The translations under genes and the position numbers were made by a program. A stretch of 64,000 nt of DNA from positions 4,070 to 68,069 of the forward strand of contig JAUUDM010000016.1 in the NCBI GenBank assembly GCA_030826765.1, written 5' to 3'. This DNA is from Nautiliales bacterium (lineage in GTDB: Bacteria > Campylobacterota > Campylobacteria > Campylobacterales > JAADDX01). This document shows positions 44,323 to 54,565 of the stretch, one piece after another. The notes under the pieces are model-generated. The model saw only the letters and a list, made by a program, of their open reading frames with translations. It did no database searches and was not told the origin of the DNA. The stretch's first letter is position 1, and every line of letters starts with the position of its first letter.

Positions 44323-46386
44323 ATGAATTTAAAAGAAAAGAATATTTCGAAATTAATTATGTTCTTACCAATAGTTAGTGTTATTATAACATCTTTATTG
44401 ATTATTAGTGTTGCAATTTTTTCAATAAATCAGACTTTTGAAAAGCAAAAACAAGAAATTACTAAAAAATTTATGCAAAATTTAAAATCCACTACAAAAG
44501 AAAAAGTTAATTTAGCTTATGTAATTGTAGATGCACTTTATAAAGAAAATTTAAAAATATATAAAGATAGAGAAAAAGCTAAAAATGTAACATTTAAAAA
44601 TTTTCCAATTTTTTTTGATAATTTTAGATGGCCTAAAAAAGGTTATATTTTTATGTTTTCTATAAAAAACAAAGGTGTAACTGTATATCATATAAATCAT
44701 AAATTTATGAAAATAAATAGGTGGAATTTAGTTCGTCACGGACAAAAAATTATTCAAATGATTACAAATGCGGCAATTAAGCATCCTGATGGAACTTATG
44801 TTAAATATTTAGCATACAACCCTGATGGAAAACCACAAGATAAAATTTCATATGTAAAAGTTTATAAACCTCTTGATATTTTGATTGGTGCTGGAGTTTA
44901 TCTAAATTATCTTGATAAAGATTTATTACAACTTCAAAAACAAGCTAACGAGTTATTAAATAATTTAATTAAAAAATTTATAATAATCTCTTTCATCAGT
45001 TTAATTTTGTTTAGTATTATAGTGTTTTTTCTCTCTAAAGAAGCGCAACAATTATTTGTTAGATATGAAAACGAGATTCAAAAAGAGAAAAATAAATTTA
45101 AGAAAAAGGCTTATTTTGATAATTTAACGGGTCTTTATACAAGATATGGAGCTAAAAAAGAGTTTGCAAAAATTAAAAAAGAGTTAGATGCTAATAATAA
45201 AAAAACAGCAATTTTATTTATAGATTTAGATCATTTTAAAGAAATTAACGATTCTTTAGGTCATAAGGTTGGAGATGAAATCTTAAAAGTAATAGCTGGT
45301 AGGCTTAAAAAATGTGTAACTATCAAAGATAAAGTTGTTAGATTTGGTGGTGATGAATTTATAATTATTTTAAATGAAATTAAAGACGAAAAAGAAATAA
45401 AAGAACTTGTCGAAAAAATTTTACTAGTTATAAAATTTGCAATAAATATAGATAATGTGAATTTTTATGTTTCTGCAAGTATTGGTATTACTATTTATCC
45501 GGATGATTCTAATGATTTCGAAACTCTTATTAGATTTGCAGATTCTGCTATGTATGAAGCTAAAGAAAGAGGAAAAGATAGATATATGTTTTTTAAAAAA
45601 GAGATAGGAAAAGCAGTAGATGATAAATTAAAGCTTAAAACTGAAATAAGAAAAGCTATAGAAAAAGATGAATTTGAAATATATTTTCAGCCTCAAATTG
45701 ATAAGAATGAAAAAGTTTACGGTGCTGAAGTATTGATTAGATGGAATAATCCTGAAAAAGGAATAATTTCTCCTTTTCATTTTATTCCTTTGGCTATTGA
45801 AGCAGGAATTATTGATAAAATAGATTTATGGGTGATAGAAGAAGCTATAAAACAGCATATTAAATGGCAAGAAAAAGGATATTATCCTATATTATCTTGT
45901 AATATAACAGTTTATCAGCTAGAAAAAGGGATATTTGCTGATAATTTAAAAAAATTGCTTCATAAATATAATTTTGATGCAAAATATTTAAATATAGAAG
46001 TTACAGAAGAAGGAGTTATGAAAAATCCAGAATTATCTATAAAAATACTTAATGAAGTGAATGATTTAGGAGTAAAAATAAATATTGACGATTTTGGAAC
46101 TGGATATTCTTCATTTGCATATCTTAAAAAACTTCCTGTTAATAAATTAAAGATTGATAGAGAATTTATAAAAGATATTCCAGATGACAAAGATGATGAA
46201 GTTATTACAAAAAGTCTGATAAGTTTAGCTAAAAATATGAATTTACAAAGTGTAGCTGAAGGAGTGGAAAATCAAGAACAATTGGATTTTGTACTATCAA
46301 ATGGTTGTGATTATATTCAAGGATATTTTTATTCACCACCAATTCCAGCCAGTGAATTTGAAGAAAAATTTTTAAAAAGTAATTAA
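44323..46386 (+). CDS. Membrane sensor with a periplasmic single-Cache-like domain, GGDEF and EAL domains (both motif sets appear intact)
   Basis: Cache_2-like segment (KGYIFMFS...HPDGTYVKYLAYNPDG...KISYVKVYKPLDILIGAGVYL) between two TM helices. GGDEF domain with RFGGDEF. EAL domain with AEVLIRW, EVTEE, DDFGTGYSS, KIDREF, AEGVEN and QGYFYSPP. Confidence 0.85.
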   Translation: MNLKEKNISKLIMFLPIVSVIITSLLIISVAIFSINQTFEKQKQEITKKFMQNLKSTTKEKVNLAYVIVDALYKENLKIYKDREKAKNVTFKNFPIFFDNFRWPKKGYIFMFSIKNKGVTVYHINHKFMKINRWNLVRHGQKIIQMITNAAIKHPDGTYVKYLAYNPDGKPQDKISYVKVYKPLDILIGAGVYLNYLDKDLLQLQKQANELLNNLIKKFIIISFISLILFSIIVFFLSKEAQQLFVRYENEIQKEKNKFKKKAYFDNLTGLYTRYGAKKEFAKIKKELDANNKKTAILFIDLDHFKEINDSLGHKVGDEILKVIAGRLKKCVTIKDKVVRFGGDEFIIILNEIKDEKEIKELVEKILLVIKFAINIDNVNFYVSASIGITIYPDDSNDFETLIRFADSAMYEAKERGKDRYMFFKKEIGKAVDDKLKLKTEIRKAIEKDEFEIYFQPQIDKNEKVYGAEVLIRWNNPEKGIISPFHFIPLAIEAGIIDKIDLWVIEEAIKQHIKWQEKGYYPILSCNITVYQLEKGIFADNLKKLLHKYNFDAKYLNIEVTEEGVMKNPELSIKILNEVNDLGVKINIDDFGTGYSSFAYLKKLPVNKLKIDREFIKDIPDDKDDEVITKSLISLAKNMNLQSVAEGVENQEQLDFVLSNGCDYIQGYFYSPPIPASEFEEKFLKSN

Positions 46387-46388
46387 AA

Positions 46389-46542
46389 GGCACTGACCTA
46401 AAACTCTTAACAATACACAAATTTTATCCATTTCGAAAAATGGAAAAGTGTGGAAATCAAAAATTTGATTTTAAGTACACTTTTTTTAATCCATTTTTCT
46501 CCATTAAAATTTGTGGTTGTTTCATTTATTTAGGATAGTGCT
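46389..46542. repeat. Long copy (154 bp) of the palindromic intergenic element; imperfect long hairpin
   Basis: Termini GGCACTGACCTAAA ... TTTAGGATAGTGCT are inverted. The arms share blocks GCACT, CCTAAA, AACAA, CACAAATTTTA, GAAAAATGGA, AAAGTGT and AAATCAAA around the central palindrome AAATCAAA-AA-TTTGATTT. The left arm matches the element at 27477-27527. Confidence 0.6.
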
Positions 46543-46568
46543 ATTAAAAAAATAATTAAGGAATGAAA

Positions 46569-47312
46569 ATGAATGTAACAAAATATAGTGCAAGTGGAAA
46601 TGATTTTGTGATTTTCCATACTTTTAAAAAAGAAGATAGAAGTGAACTTGCAAAAAAATTATGCCATAGGCAAGAAGGAGTGGGGGCTGATGGACTTATA
46701 GTTTTGATCCCTCACGAAATTTATGATTTTGAATGGCAGTTTTATAATGCAGATGGCAGTGTTGCGGCAATGTGTGGAAATGGAAGTCGTGCGGCTGCTC
46801 ATTATGCTTTTCGTAATAATTTAGCAGATAAAGAAATGAAATTTTTAACAGGTGCAGGAGTAATTAGTTGCACAGTTGAAAAAGATATAGTTGAAACTGA
46901 ACTAACTAAACCAGAACTTATACAAGATTATTTTACAGAAGAAGGGTATGAGTGGATTTTGATTGATACAGGAGTTCCTCATTTAGTAGCACTTGTAGAT
47001 GATATTACAAAATTTGATAAAGAATTAGCAAGAAAAATGCGACAAAAATATAATGCAAATGTAAATTTTGCAAAATTTGAAGATGGTATTTTAAAAGTTA
47101 GAACTTACGAAAGAGGGGTTGAAGATGAAACTTTGGCTTGTGGGACTGGAATGTGTGCAAGTTTTTTGAGTGCAAAAAATAAAGATTTTATAGATAGTTA
47201 TTCAAAAGTTTATCCAACAAGTAATGAAGAGTTAGAAGTTAGGTTTGTTGATGATACACTTTTTTTCAAAGGTAAAGTAAAAAAAACATTTGAAGCATAT
47301 TTATCTATTTAA
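46569..47312 (+). CDS. dapF: Diaminopimelate epimerase
   Basis: YSASGNDFV and the two catalytic Cys motifs, MCGNGSR and ACGTG. I prefer the second ATG (46569), which sits 7 nt after AAGGA; 46563 is the alternative. Confidence 0.9.
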   Translation: MNVTKYSASGNDFVIFHTFKKEDRSELAKKLCHRQEGVGADGLIVLIPHEIYDFEWQFYNADGSVAAMCGNGSRAAAHYAFRNNLADKEMKFLTGAGVISCTVEKDIVETELTKPELIQDYFTEEGYEWILIDTGVPHLVALVDDITKFDKELARKMRQKYNANVNFAKFEDGILKVRTYERGVEDETLACGTGMCASFLSAKNKDFIDSYSKVYPTSNEELEVRFVDDTLFFKGKVKKTFEAYLSI

Positions 47313-47328
47313 GGAATAAAATTTGCTT
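47313..47328 (+). promoter_or_regulatory. Sigma54-like -24/-12 element (GGAAT-N5-TTGCTT) upstream of flgB
   Basis: GG at 47313-47314 and GC at 47325-47326 have canonical spacing, and the flanks match the Campylobacter/Helicobacter form GGAAC-N6-TTGCTT. It lies 24 nt upstream of the flgB ATG. It is valid only if the genome encodes RpoN. Confidence 0.4.
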
Positions 47329-47351
47329 ATAAAAATTAAAAAGGAGTATCA

Positions 47352-47780
47352 ATGAGTTTTGAAATATCTAAATCATTTAAATATTTAGAATCAAGTCTTC
47401 AATATAGAGCAATTAGACAAGATTTGATAGCGGGAAATATTTCAAATGCTGATACTCCTTTTTATAAAGCAAGAGATATTGATTTTGAAGATATGCTAAG
47501 TAAAAAAGCCGCCAGAGAATTTAAAAAAGATGATAAAAAATTAGAACTTGCAAGAACTACTGAAAATATGATGCCAGGAATTGATGAAGAAAATAGTGAT
47601 AAACCAACTATATTTTTTAGAGATGGTCATTTAGCAAGAAATGATGGAAATACAGTAGATTTAGATGTAGAAAGTACAGAATTAAGTAAAAACAGTATGA
47701 TGTATAATGCAAGTATAGAAGCTCTAAAAAAACAAGCTTCTATTTTTAAAGCGGTAATTGCATCTAGTAAAAATATATAA
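47352..47780 (+). CDS. flgB: Flagellar basal-body rod protein FlgB
   Basis: N-terminal rod motif LQYRAIRQDLIAGNISNADTPFYKARD. Confidence 0.9.
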   Translation: MSFEISKSFKYLESSLQYRAIRQDLIAGNISNADTPFYKARDIDFEDMLSKKAAREFKKDDKKLELARTTENMMPGIDEENSDKPTIFFRDGHLARNDGNTVDLDVESTELSKNSMMYNASIEALKKQASIFKAVIASSKNI

Positions 47781-47789
47781 GGATAAAAA

Positions 47790-48281
47790 ATGAGTTTTAT
47801 GAGCAGTTTTGATATTAGTGGATATGGTCTTTCAGCGCAAAGATTTAGAATTAATACAATATCTAGTAATATTGCAAACGCAAATACAATCCAGACTCCA
47901 GAAGGTGGTCCATATAGAAGAAAAGAGGTTGTTTTTAAGGCGATTGATTTTGATAAAGAGCTTAATAATGAACTTAATACTAATTATTTAAAATATTCAA
48001 ATCCTTTAGCTGAAGAAGGAAATGATGATATACAAGCAAAACCGGCTTTAACAACTGTATCAGTTGCAAAAATAGTTAGAGATGATTCAAAACCAATTTT
48101 GAAATATGAGCCAAATAATCCAAATGCAGATAAAAATGGATATGTTGCTTATCCAAATATTAATCCAGTTATAGAAATGTCCGATTTAGTAGAAGCGACA
48201 AGAAGTTACCAAGCAAATGTAGCAGCATTTCAAAGTGCAAAAACAATGGCAAGTAGTGCAATAAGTATTTTAAAAGGATAA
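47790..48281 (+). CDS. flgC: Flagellar basal-body rod protein FlgC
   Basis: SGYGLSAQRFRINTISSNIANANT...GGPYRRK...YPNINPVIEMSDLVEATRSYQANV. Confidence 0.95.
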   Translation: MSFMSSFDISGYGLSAQRFRINTISSNIANANTIQTPEGGPYRRKEVVFKAIDFDKELNNELNTNYLKYSNPLAEEGNDDIQAKPALTTVSVAKIVRDDSKPILKYEPNNPNADKNGYVAYPNINPVIEMSDLVEATRSYQANVAAFQSAKTMASSAISILKG

Positions 48282-48284
48282 CAG

Positions 48285-48587
48285 ATGGCAATTAATGTAA
48301 ATAATATAGGAAATATTTCTACTCAAGATCTGTTAAATGATAAAAAAGTATCTAATAATGAGAGTGGTCTTAATTTTGGTGATATGCTAAAAAAAGAGAT
48401 TGATTCTACAAATGAAGTTATGGAAAATGCTCAAAAAGCAGAGGTAGATATAGCAACAGGAAGTGTAAAAGATTTAGCAAAAGCCAATATTGCTATAGAA
48501 AAAGCAGATTTAAAAATGCAAATGATGTTAGAAGTGAGAAATAAAGCAATTAACGCATATAAAGAATTATCAAAAATACAAGTTTAA
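48285..48587 (+). CDS. fliE: Flagellar hook-basal body complex protein FliE
   Basis: 100 aa. FGDMLKKEIDSTNE and the C-terminal MMLEVRNKAINAYKEL pattern. flgBC-fliE synteny. Confidence 0.85.
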   Translation: MAINVNNIGNISTQDLLNDKKVSNNESGLNFGDMLKKEIDSTNEVMENAQKAEVDIATGSVKDLAKANIAIEKADLKMQMMLEVRNKAINAYKELSKIQV

Positions 48588-48593
48588 TAGTTA

Positions 48594-50330
48594 ATGTCTC
48601 ATAAATCTCCTCACAAAATTACACTAAAGATAGGTGTTTTATTTATTTCTTTTAGTGTTCTTATTTTACTATTTTTAGCAATGATTTTTTTTTTGGATAT
48701 CCATAAACAAGATTATATGATATCTACGATTATATCCAAAAAAGATTTATCTCTTAGAGGTAAGATAATATCAAAAGATAATCAACTTTTAGCAAATAAT
48801 GAAAAAATATATGAGGTAGCTGTTTTTCAAAATTATATAAATCCTAATAAATTTAATTTATTTATCAATTTACTCTCTATTTATACAGATACTCCAAAAA
48901 GTTATTTTTTACATAAATTTAAAACAGCAAAAACAAATAGAGTAATTTTATTAAAAAATATTCCTTTTAAAATTAAAAAAAATTTAAAATATTTATCAGA
49001 TGTTTTAGCAATTAAAAAAGTATTTCTTGAGAATAAAAAAACTCATATTATTTATGGATTAGATATTTATGAAAAACCTTCAAAACGGGTTTATAGGTTA
49101 AAAGACACATTAGAGCCAGCTTTAGGATTTACTTCTTATGATTATAAATTTACTCATAAATTAGTCGGAAAATCAGGAATTGAAAGATATTATGATGAAG
49201 CAATGCAACCTAAACAAAATGGAATTGTCAAAGGTTATAGAGATGTAAAAAATAGAATAATTTATGATAATAAAGTTATTATACAAAAAAAAATAGATGG
49301 AGATGATGTTGTTTTAAATATAAATTCAATTTTTCAAAGAAAAATAGAAAAAATGCTGGATATTATGAAAGAAAAATTAAAAGCTCAGGAAATTCTGACA
49401 GTTGTAATGGAGAGTAAAACAGGAAAAATAATAGCAATTGCTAGTTCAAATAGATATGATCCAAATCATATAACTAATGTAAAAAATCTAAAAATATCAC
49501 ATATTCAATATAATTATGAGCCTGGGTCTGTAATGAAACCTATTACTTTATCTATTTTATTAGAACATAATAAAGTAAATCCATTGGAAGTTTTGAATGC
49601 TCACAATGGTGTTTGGTATTTTAAAAGACATTTTACAATTTATGATGATGAGAGATTTAAGTGGCTTAGTGTAACTCAAGGGGTAGTTCATTCAAGCAAT
49701 ATTGTGTTTGCTCAGTTAGGACTTAGACTTACTCCATCTGAATTTCGAAATGGACTTTTACAATTTGGATTTAGTAAAAAAAGTGGTGTTGATTTACCTT
49801 ATGAATATAAAGGTCATCTGTTTTCTTTAAAAGAGTTTCAAAGAGAAACTCATAGAGCAAGTATGGCATTTGGATATGGACTTCAAGTTAATTTAATTCA
49901 ACTTTTAAAAGCTTATAATATGTTTAATAATTATGGAATAATGATAACTCCAAAAATTGCTTATAAATATGGAAATAACATCATTCAAACTACAAAAAAA
50001 CAAGTAATTTCACCGACAATTGCCCAAACTGTTTTGCAAATCTTAAGAAAAGTTGTTTTACAAGGAACAGCAGTAGCAGCTAAGGTAGATGGAATTTTTA
50101 CAGCAGGAAAAACAGGAACTGCTAAAATAAATAAAAATGGAAAATATATAAAAGGGTTGTATAATTCAAGCTTTATAGGCTTTGCTAATGATAAAACTCA
50201 TAAATATACGATAGCGACTTTAACAATAAAACCGGACGAAAAACATTATTTTGCATCTCAAACTTCTGTTGTTGTATTTAAAAATATTGTAAATATTATG
50301 CTTGAGATGAATATGCTTAAGAAGTATTAA
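48594..50330 (+). CDS. Class B penicillin-binding protein (transpeptidase, FtsI/PBP2-type)
   Basis: N-terminal TM anchor. SxxK motif in PGSVMKP, SxN motif in HSSN, and KTGT in AGKTGTA. Confidence 0.85.
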   Translation: MSHKSPHKITLKIGVLFISFSVLILLFLAMIFFLDIHKQDYMISTIISKKDLSLRGKIISKDNQLLANNEKIYEVAVFQNYINPNKFNLFINLLSIYTDTPKSYFLHKFKTAKTNRVILLKNIPFKIKKNLKYLSDVLAIKKVFLENKKTHIIYGLDIYEKPSKRVYRLKDTLEPALGFTSYDYKFTHKLVGKSGIERYYDEAMQPKQNGIVKGYRDVKNRIIYDNKVIIQKKIDGDDVVLNINSIFQRKIEKMLDIMKEKLKAQEILTVVMESKTGKIIAIASSNRYDPNHITNVKNLKISHIQYNYEPGSVMKPITLSILLEHNKVNPLEVLNAHNGVWYFKRHFTIYDDERFKWLSVTQGVVHSSNIVFAQLGLRLTPSEFRNGLLQFGFSKKSGVDLPYEYKGHLFSLKEFQRETHRASMAFGYGLQVNLIQLLKAYNMFNNYGIMITPKIAYKYGNNIIQTTKKQVISPTIAQTVLQILRKVVLQGTAVAAKVDGIFTAGKTGTAKINKNGKYIKGLYNSSFIGFANDKTHKYTIATLTIKPDEKHYFASQTSVVVFKNIVNIMLEMNMLKKY

Positions 50331-51826
50331 TTCTTTTCTTTTTTAAGTAACAACATAAAAATAAAAACAACTCCCACAACTCCCCAAAATCCAGCATGCA
50401 TCCAAATAGAATGATATCCATAATTCATAGCCATAAATTTTTCATATTGAGAAAATAAAACATCTCCCATTTGGGAATATAAAGAATGAAGTTTATCAAG
50501 TATAGATGAGGTTAATATTTGATTTTGAAATTCGTTTATGGCGTTAAATTTTTCCTCTGTAAAATATACCAAATTATTTGTGGCAATTGCTGTTCCAAAT
50601 CCAGCCCCAATAAATCTTAAATAATCTGTAATTAAAACTGATTGTTCTTTAAATTCTCCTGAATTATTTATGATTAGTACGGTAATCGGAGCGAAAAACA
50701 TACCTAAAGCCATACCAAAAAGCATTGTTTTTATAACAGCAATATAAAAAGGAGTGTAATAATTAATTGTAGGAATTAAAATTAAAGTAGAAATTAAATA
50801 TAAAATTCCTGCAATTGTTAGAGTGAAACTTGGTGAAAATTTATCTACAAGTTTTCCTGCAACTATACTGAATATTCCTATCCAAATCCCAAATCCTAAA
50901 ACTCCAATCCCTGCCATACTCGAAGGAAGTCCTTTGATATGTTCGTAAAAATATGGAAGTAAATAAAAATATTGAAACATTGAAAAACCAAATAGAGTCA
51001 TAAAAATTAATGCCCCAATTGTAAAATGATAATTTTTAAACAGTGAATATTCAAACAGTTTAATTTTAGAAATAATTTCACTTATTGCAAAAAATAGAGT
51101 AGAAAGAATTGTTGTAAAAATAAGATAAACAATAAAAGATGAATTTAACCATCCATATTGTTGCCCTTTTGATAGTAAAACTAACAGTGAAACCGTTGCT
51201 ATACTTAAAAAAATTAAAGAAAAAATATTTATTTTTGGAATTTGTCTTTGGCTTTTATCAGGCAATAATAGTGAACCAAAAATTATTAAAACTATACCAA
51301 CAGGAACATTTATAAAAAAGGCACTTCGCCACGAAAAATACTCTGTTAAATATCCCCCAAGGGTAGGACCAGCTGCTGGAGCAAAAGCTACTCCTAAGGC
51401 AAAAATCCCCATTGCAATTCCTCTTTTTTGAGGTGGAAAAAAGTTAAATATCATAACTTTTGCACTAACTAATATTAACGCTTCTCCAAATCCTTGAAAA
51501 ACTCTTGAAAAAATTATAAATCCTAAACTATTAGAAACTCCACAAAGCAAAGAAAAAAGAGTGAATATTGTTATGCCTAAAATATATGTATTTTTATTTC
51601 CTATTAGTTTGATTATAGAATCAGTAATCAAAAATCCAATGGCAGCTGAAATCATATAAGCCGTAATTACCCATTGAACTCCATACAAATCAGTTGATAA
51701 AGGTCCTTGAAGTCTTGGCACCATAATATCCACGATTGTGGTGTCTAAAACAGCCATAAAAACCCCAACTATTGTTAAAACAACCCAAATTGTAAGTTCT
51801 GTTTTATTTGATGATTTTATATACAT
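50327..51826 (-). CDS. MFS efflux transporter, 14-TMS DHA2/EmrB-type
   Basis: 499 aa and highly hydrophobic. MFS motif region FSRVFQGFGEA and ...PPQKRGIAMGI. Paired with the HlyD-family gene upstream. Confidence 0.85.
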   Translation of the reverse strand: MYIKSSNKTELTIWVVLTIVGVFMAVLDTTIVDIMVPRLQGPLSTDLYGVQWVITAYMISAAIGFLITDSIIKLIGNKNTYILGITIFTLFSLLCGVSNSLGFIIFSRVFQGFGEALILVSAKVMIFNFFPPQKRGIAMGIFALGVAFAPAAGPTLGGYLTEYFSWRSAFFINVPVGIVLIIFGSLLLPDKSQRQIPKINIFSLIFLSIATVSLLVLLSKGQQYGWLNSSFIVYLIFTTILSTLFFAISEIISKIKLFEYSLFKNYHFTIGALIFMTLFGFSMFQYFYLLPYFYEHIKGLPSSMAGIGVLGFGIWIGIFSIVAGKLVDKFSPSFTLTIAGILYLISTLILIPTINYYTPFYIAVIKTMLFGMALGMFFAPITVLIINNSGEFKEQSVLITDYLRFIGAGFGTAIATNNLVYFTEEKFNAINEFQNQILTSSILDKLHSLYSQMGDVLFSQYEKFMAMNYGYHSIWMHAGFWGVVGVVFIFMLLLKKEKN

Positions 51827-51827
51827 T

Positions 51828-52940
51828 TTACTTTTTTATAGTTACTTCGCAACTCATACCAACTCTTAACTTATCATCTGGATTTATAAGTTTTAGTTTT
51901 ACTATAAATCTTTGTGTAAGTTTTGTAAATTCTCCACTGCTTAAATCTCTTGGAACTATTGCAAATGTAGATGCACTAACTGGTAAAATAGTTTCTACTT
52001 TTGCTTTATAATTTTTATCTAAGGCATCTATGTGAATAGTGGCAGGATTTCCTATTTTTAGCCCTTTTAATTTAGTCTCTTCTAAAAAAACAGATACATA
52101 AATATCTTTTGGATTTACAAGAGTGACAATATTTTGTCCTTTTTTAATTACTGCATAATTATTTACATATTTTTTAGCAACTATTCCATTAAATGGAGCA
52201 TAAATAAAACTATCATTTATTTTTTCTTCAATTAATTTAGCTTGTTTTTGCATAGCTTTTTTGGAATTAATTAAAGATATAATTGTTTTTGAGAGTTTTT
52301 TAACATCATTTTTTTCATTTTCTATAAGTTGTTGTTCTATAAGTAAATTATTTTTAGATAAAATTGTTGCATCTAAACTTTTTTGAGCTGATTTAATTTT
52401 GAATTTCATTGAATTATAATTTGTAAAAGCAGTTTCATATTCATTTTTTGAAACTTTTTTTCTTTGGTATAAAAATGAGTATCGTTTATAATCATCTTTT
52501 AGTTTTTTAAGCTCTACTTCCATAGAATTTATATTTAATCTATTTGCTTGAATATTTTTATTTAATATTTTTAATTGATTTTCATTTAAGTCACTATTTA
52601 ATTTAATATCATTGATAAGTTTCGCTTTTTGAATATTCATAGAATCAATTTTGTTTTGAAGTGATAAAATATTAAATTTAGTTTGATTGAGTGAAGTATT
52701 TAATTCTTTTGTTTCTAATGATGATAGTAACTGATTCTTTTGAACTTTATCACCTGAAACAAAAGGTAAATAATTTATTTTTCCGTCAATTTTAAAAGAA
52801 AGATAAGTTAAAGAATTTGTTTTGATAAATCCTGCATCACTTGAAATATAATTTTCATTATAATTTATATATTTTATTAAAGCTGTAAGAGATAAAATTA
52901 TTAAAATCCCAAGAATTAGAAGTGCAATCTTTTTTTTCAT
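51828..52940 (-). CDS. HlyD/EmrA-family membrane fusion (periplasmic adaptor) protein
   Basis: N-terminal anchor, a long coiled-coil hairpin, and a C-terminal beta-barrel segment (IYAPFNGIVAKKYVN...GMSCEVTIK). Confidence 0.85.
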   Translation of the reverse strand: MKKKIALLILGILIILSLTALIKYINYNENYISSDAGFIKTNSLTYLSFKIDGKINYLPFVSGDKVQKNQLLSSLETKELNTSLNQTKFNILSLQNKIDSMNIQKAKLINDIKLNSDLNENQLKILNKNIQANRLNINSMEVELKKLKDDYKRYSFLYQRKKVSKNEYETAFTNYNSMKFKIKSAQKSLDATILSKNNLLIEQQLIENEKNDVKKLSKTIISLINSKKAMQKQAKLIEEKINDSFIYAPFNGIVAKKYVNNYAVIKKGQNIVTLVNPKDIYVSVFLEETKLKGLKIGNPATIHIDALDKNYKAKVETILPVSASTFAIVPRDLSSGEFTKLTQRFIVKLKLINPDDKLRVGMSCEVTIKK

Positions 52941-53056
52941 TTAAATACCTTTTATTTTTTTGTAATTATACCAACTATTTAGTCGAAATGTGAATTTTTT
53001 AAGATTGATTATTTATATTTGGTATAATTAAGTAAAAACTTTGATTGGAGTCGATA

Positions 53057-54511
53057 ATGAAAAAAATAGCAAGTTTGTTGTTAGCAGGAAGTTTAGCATT
53101 TGCTGGAAATATTTATATAAAAGAAAATAATAAAATAGCACAAAAAGTAGATGTTCCTCTATTGTTTAAAACTACAGCATTAAATAATATTCAAAATGTA
53201 GCAATTTCTAATGATGATAAAAAAGTGATAATGGCAACGAGGATAAAGGTAAAAATTTTTGATACAAAAACAGAAGAGTTAATTAAAACATTAAGATTTG
53301 AGAATCCTGTAATAAAAGCTCAATTTTCAACAGATAATAAAAAAATATTTATTTTAACAAACAAAAAGTTTTACATTTATGATAGTAATAAATATAAAAT
53401 GATTGGTAAAATTGATAGAGTTACTAGTTATACTTTTGATAATTTTTTTATCAAAAACAATTTTTTAACAATTTTAGAAGATTACAATCCTACTATTGTT
53501 AGAATTTTTAATTTAAAAACTGGAAATAAAATAGTTTCTTTTAAAATTAATGGAAGAATAAAAGAAGGAGATTTTTCACCAAATTTAAAAAAAATAGCAT
53601 TTACTTCAAATCAAAAATCTTTTATTTATAATTTAAATGGGGAATTACTGCATAAATTACCAGAGCTTGGAAAATATTATAAAATCAAATGGTTAAATAA
53701 CAAAGATGTTGTTGTTGAATCAACAAATAGAGCATATATTTTTGATATAAAAACTTCTGAAATACTTAACACAATTAAAACAAAAAACAATATAGCTGGT
53801 ATAGAAATTTTAGATAATAAGCATATTGCTACTTTTATTTATAATTATAAAATGAAAATTTTTGATATTAATAAAAATAATTTCTTAAATAAAGAATATA
53901 TATTAAAAGGTGAAAGTTCAAATGATTATATCGAATCTGTTGATTTATCAGACGATAAAATACTTTTGGCAATTGCATATAATAGTAAAAATATGAAACT
54001 TTATAAAACTTCTGAAATATTTAAAAATTTTATGACAGAAAATGATAATTTAAATAATAAAATTTCACAAGTTGAAGAACCTAAAAAAGAAGAAAAAGTC
54101 AATCCACAAATTGTAGAACCAAAACCAAAAGTAATTATTAAAAAAGAAATTGTGGAAAAGGTTGTTGTAAAGAAAATAAAAGAACACGAAAATAAAAAAC
54201 CAACGCTTATAATTTATGCATCTCAAACAGAGGGAGAAGTTCCATTAACAGTAAATTTTAAATTTTTAGCAAATGATGAAGATGGAAAAATTGCATCTTA
54301 TTATGTAAATTTTGCAGGGAAAGAGATTATACATAAAGGTAATCCTACTAAATTATTTAATTATACTTTTACAACTCCTGGAAAATATAAAATAATGGTA
54401 GCGGTAAAAGATAATCAAGGTGCAATCACTACAAAACAAGTTACAATTAGTGTAAAACCTAAACACGAAGAGACATTTGAAGAGTATAAAAAAAGTATAA
54501 TGGGTGAATAA
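53057..54511 (+). CDS. Secreted protein: beta-propeller-like repeats, a Lys/Glu/Pro/Val linker and a C-terminal PKD-like Ig domain
   Basis: Signal peptide MKKIASLLLAGSLAFA. There are ~40-aa repeats each ending in I[FY]D/N. The PKD-like segment reads PTLIIYASQTEGEVPLTVNFKFLANDEDGKIASYYVNF...YKIMVAVKDNQGA. ATG at 53057 with a GGAG RBS (the TTG at 53045 is rejected). Confidence 0.6.
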   Translation: MKKIASLLLAGSLAFAGNIYIKENNKIAQKVDVPLLFKTTALNNIQNVAISNDDKKVIMATRIKVKIFDTKTEELIKTLRFENPVIKAQFSTDNKKIFILTNKKFYIYDSNKYKMIGKIDRVTSYTFDNFFIKNNFLTILEDYNPTIVRIFNLKTGNKIVSFKINGRIKEGDFSPNLKKIAFTSNQKSFIYNLNGELLHKLPELGKYYKIKWLNNKDVVVESTNRAYIFDIKTSEILNTIKTKNNIAGIEILDNKHIATFIYNYKMKIFDINKNNFLNKEYILKGESSNDYIESVDLSDDKILLAIAYNSKNMKLYKTSEIFKNFMTENDNLNNKISQVEEPKKEEKVNPQIVEPKPKVIIKKEIVEKVVVKKIKEHENKKPTLIIYASQTEGEVPLTVNFKFLANDEDGKIASYYVNFAGKEIIHKGNPTKLFNYTFTTPGKYKIMVAVKDNQGAITTKQVTISVKPKHEETFEEYKKSIMGE

Positions 54512-54565
54512 GTAATTTTAAATTCATAGAAAAGTTGTAAAATTAAATAAAAAAAGGAAGAAATA

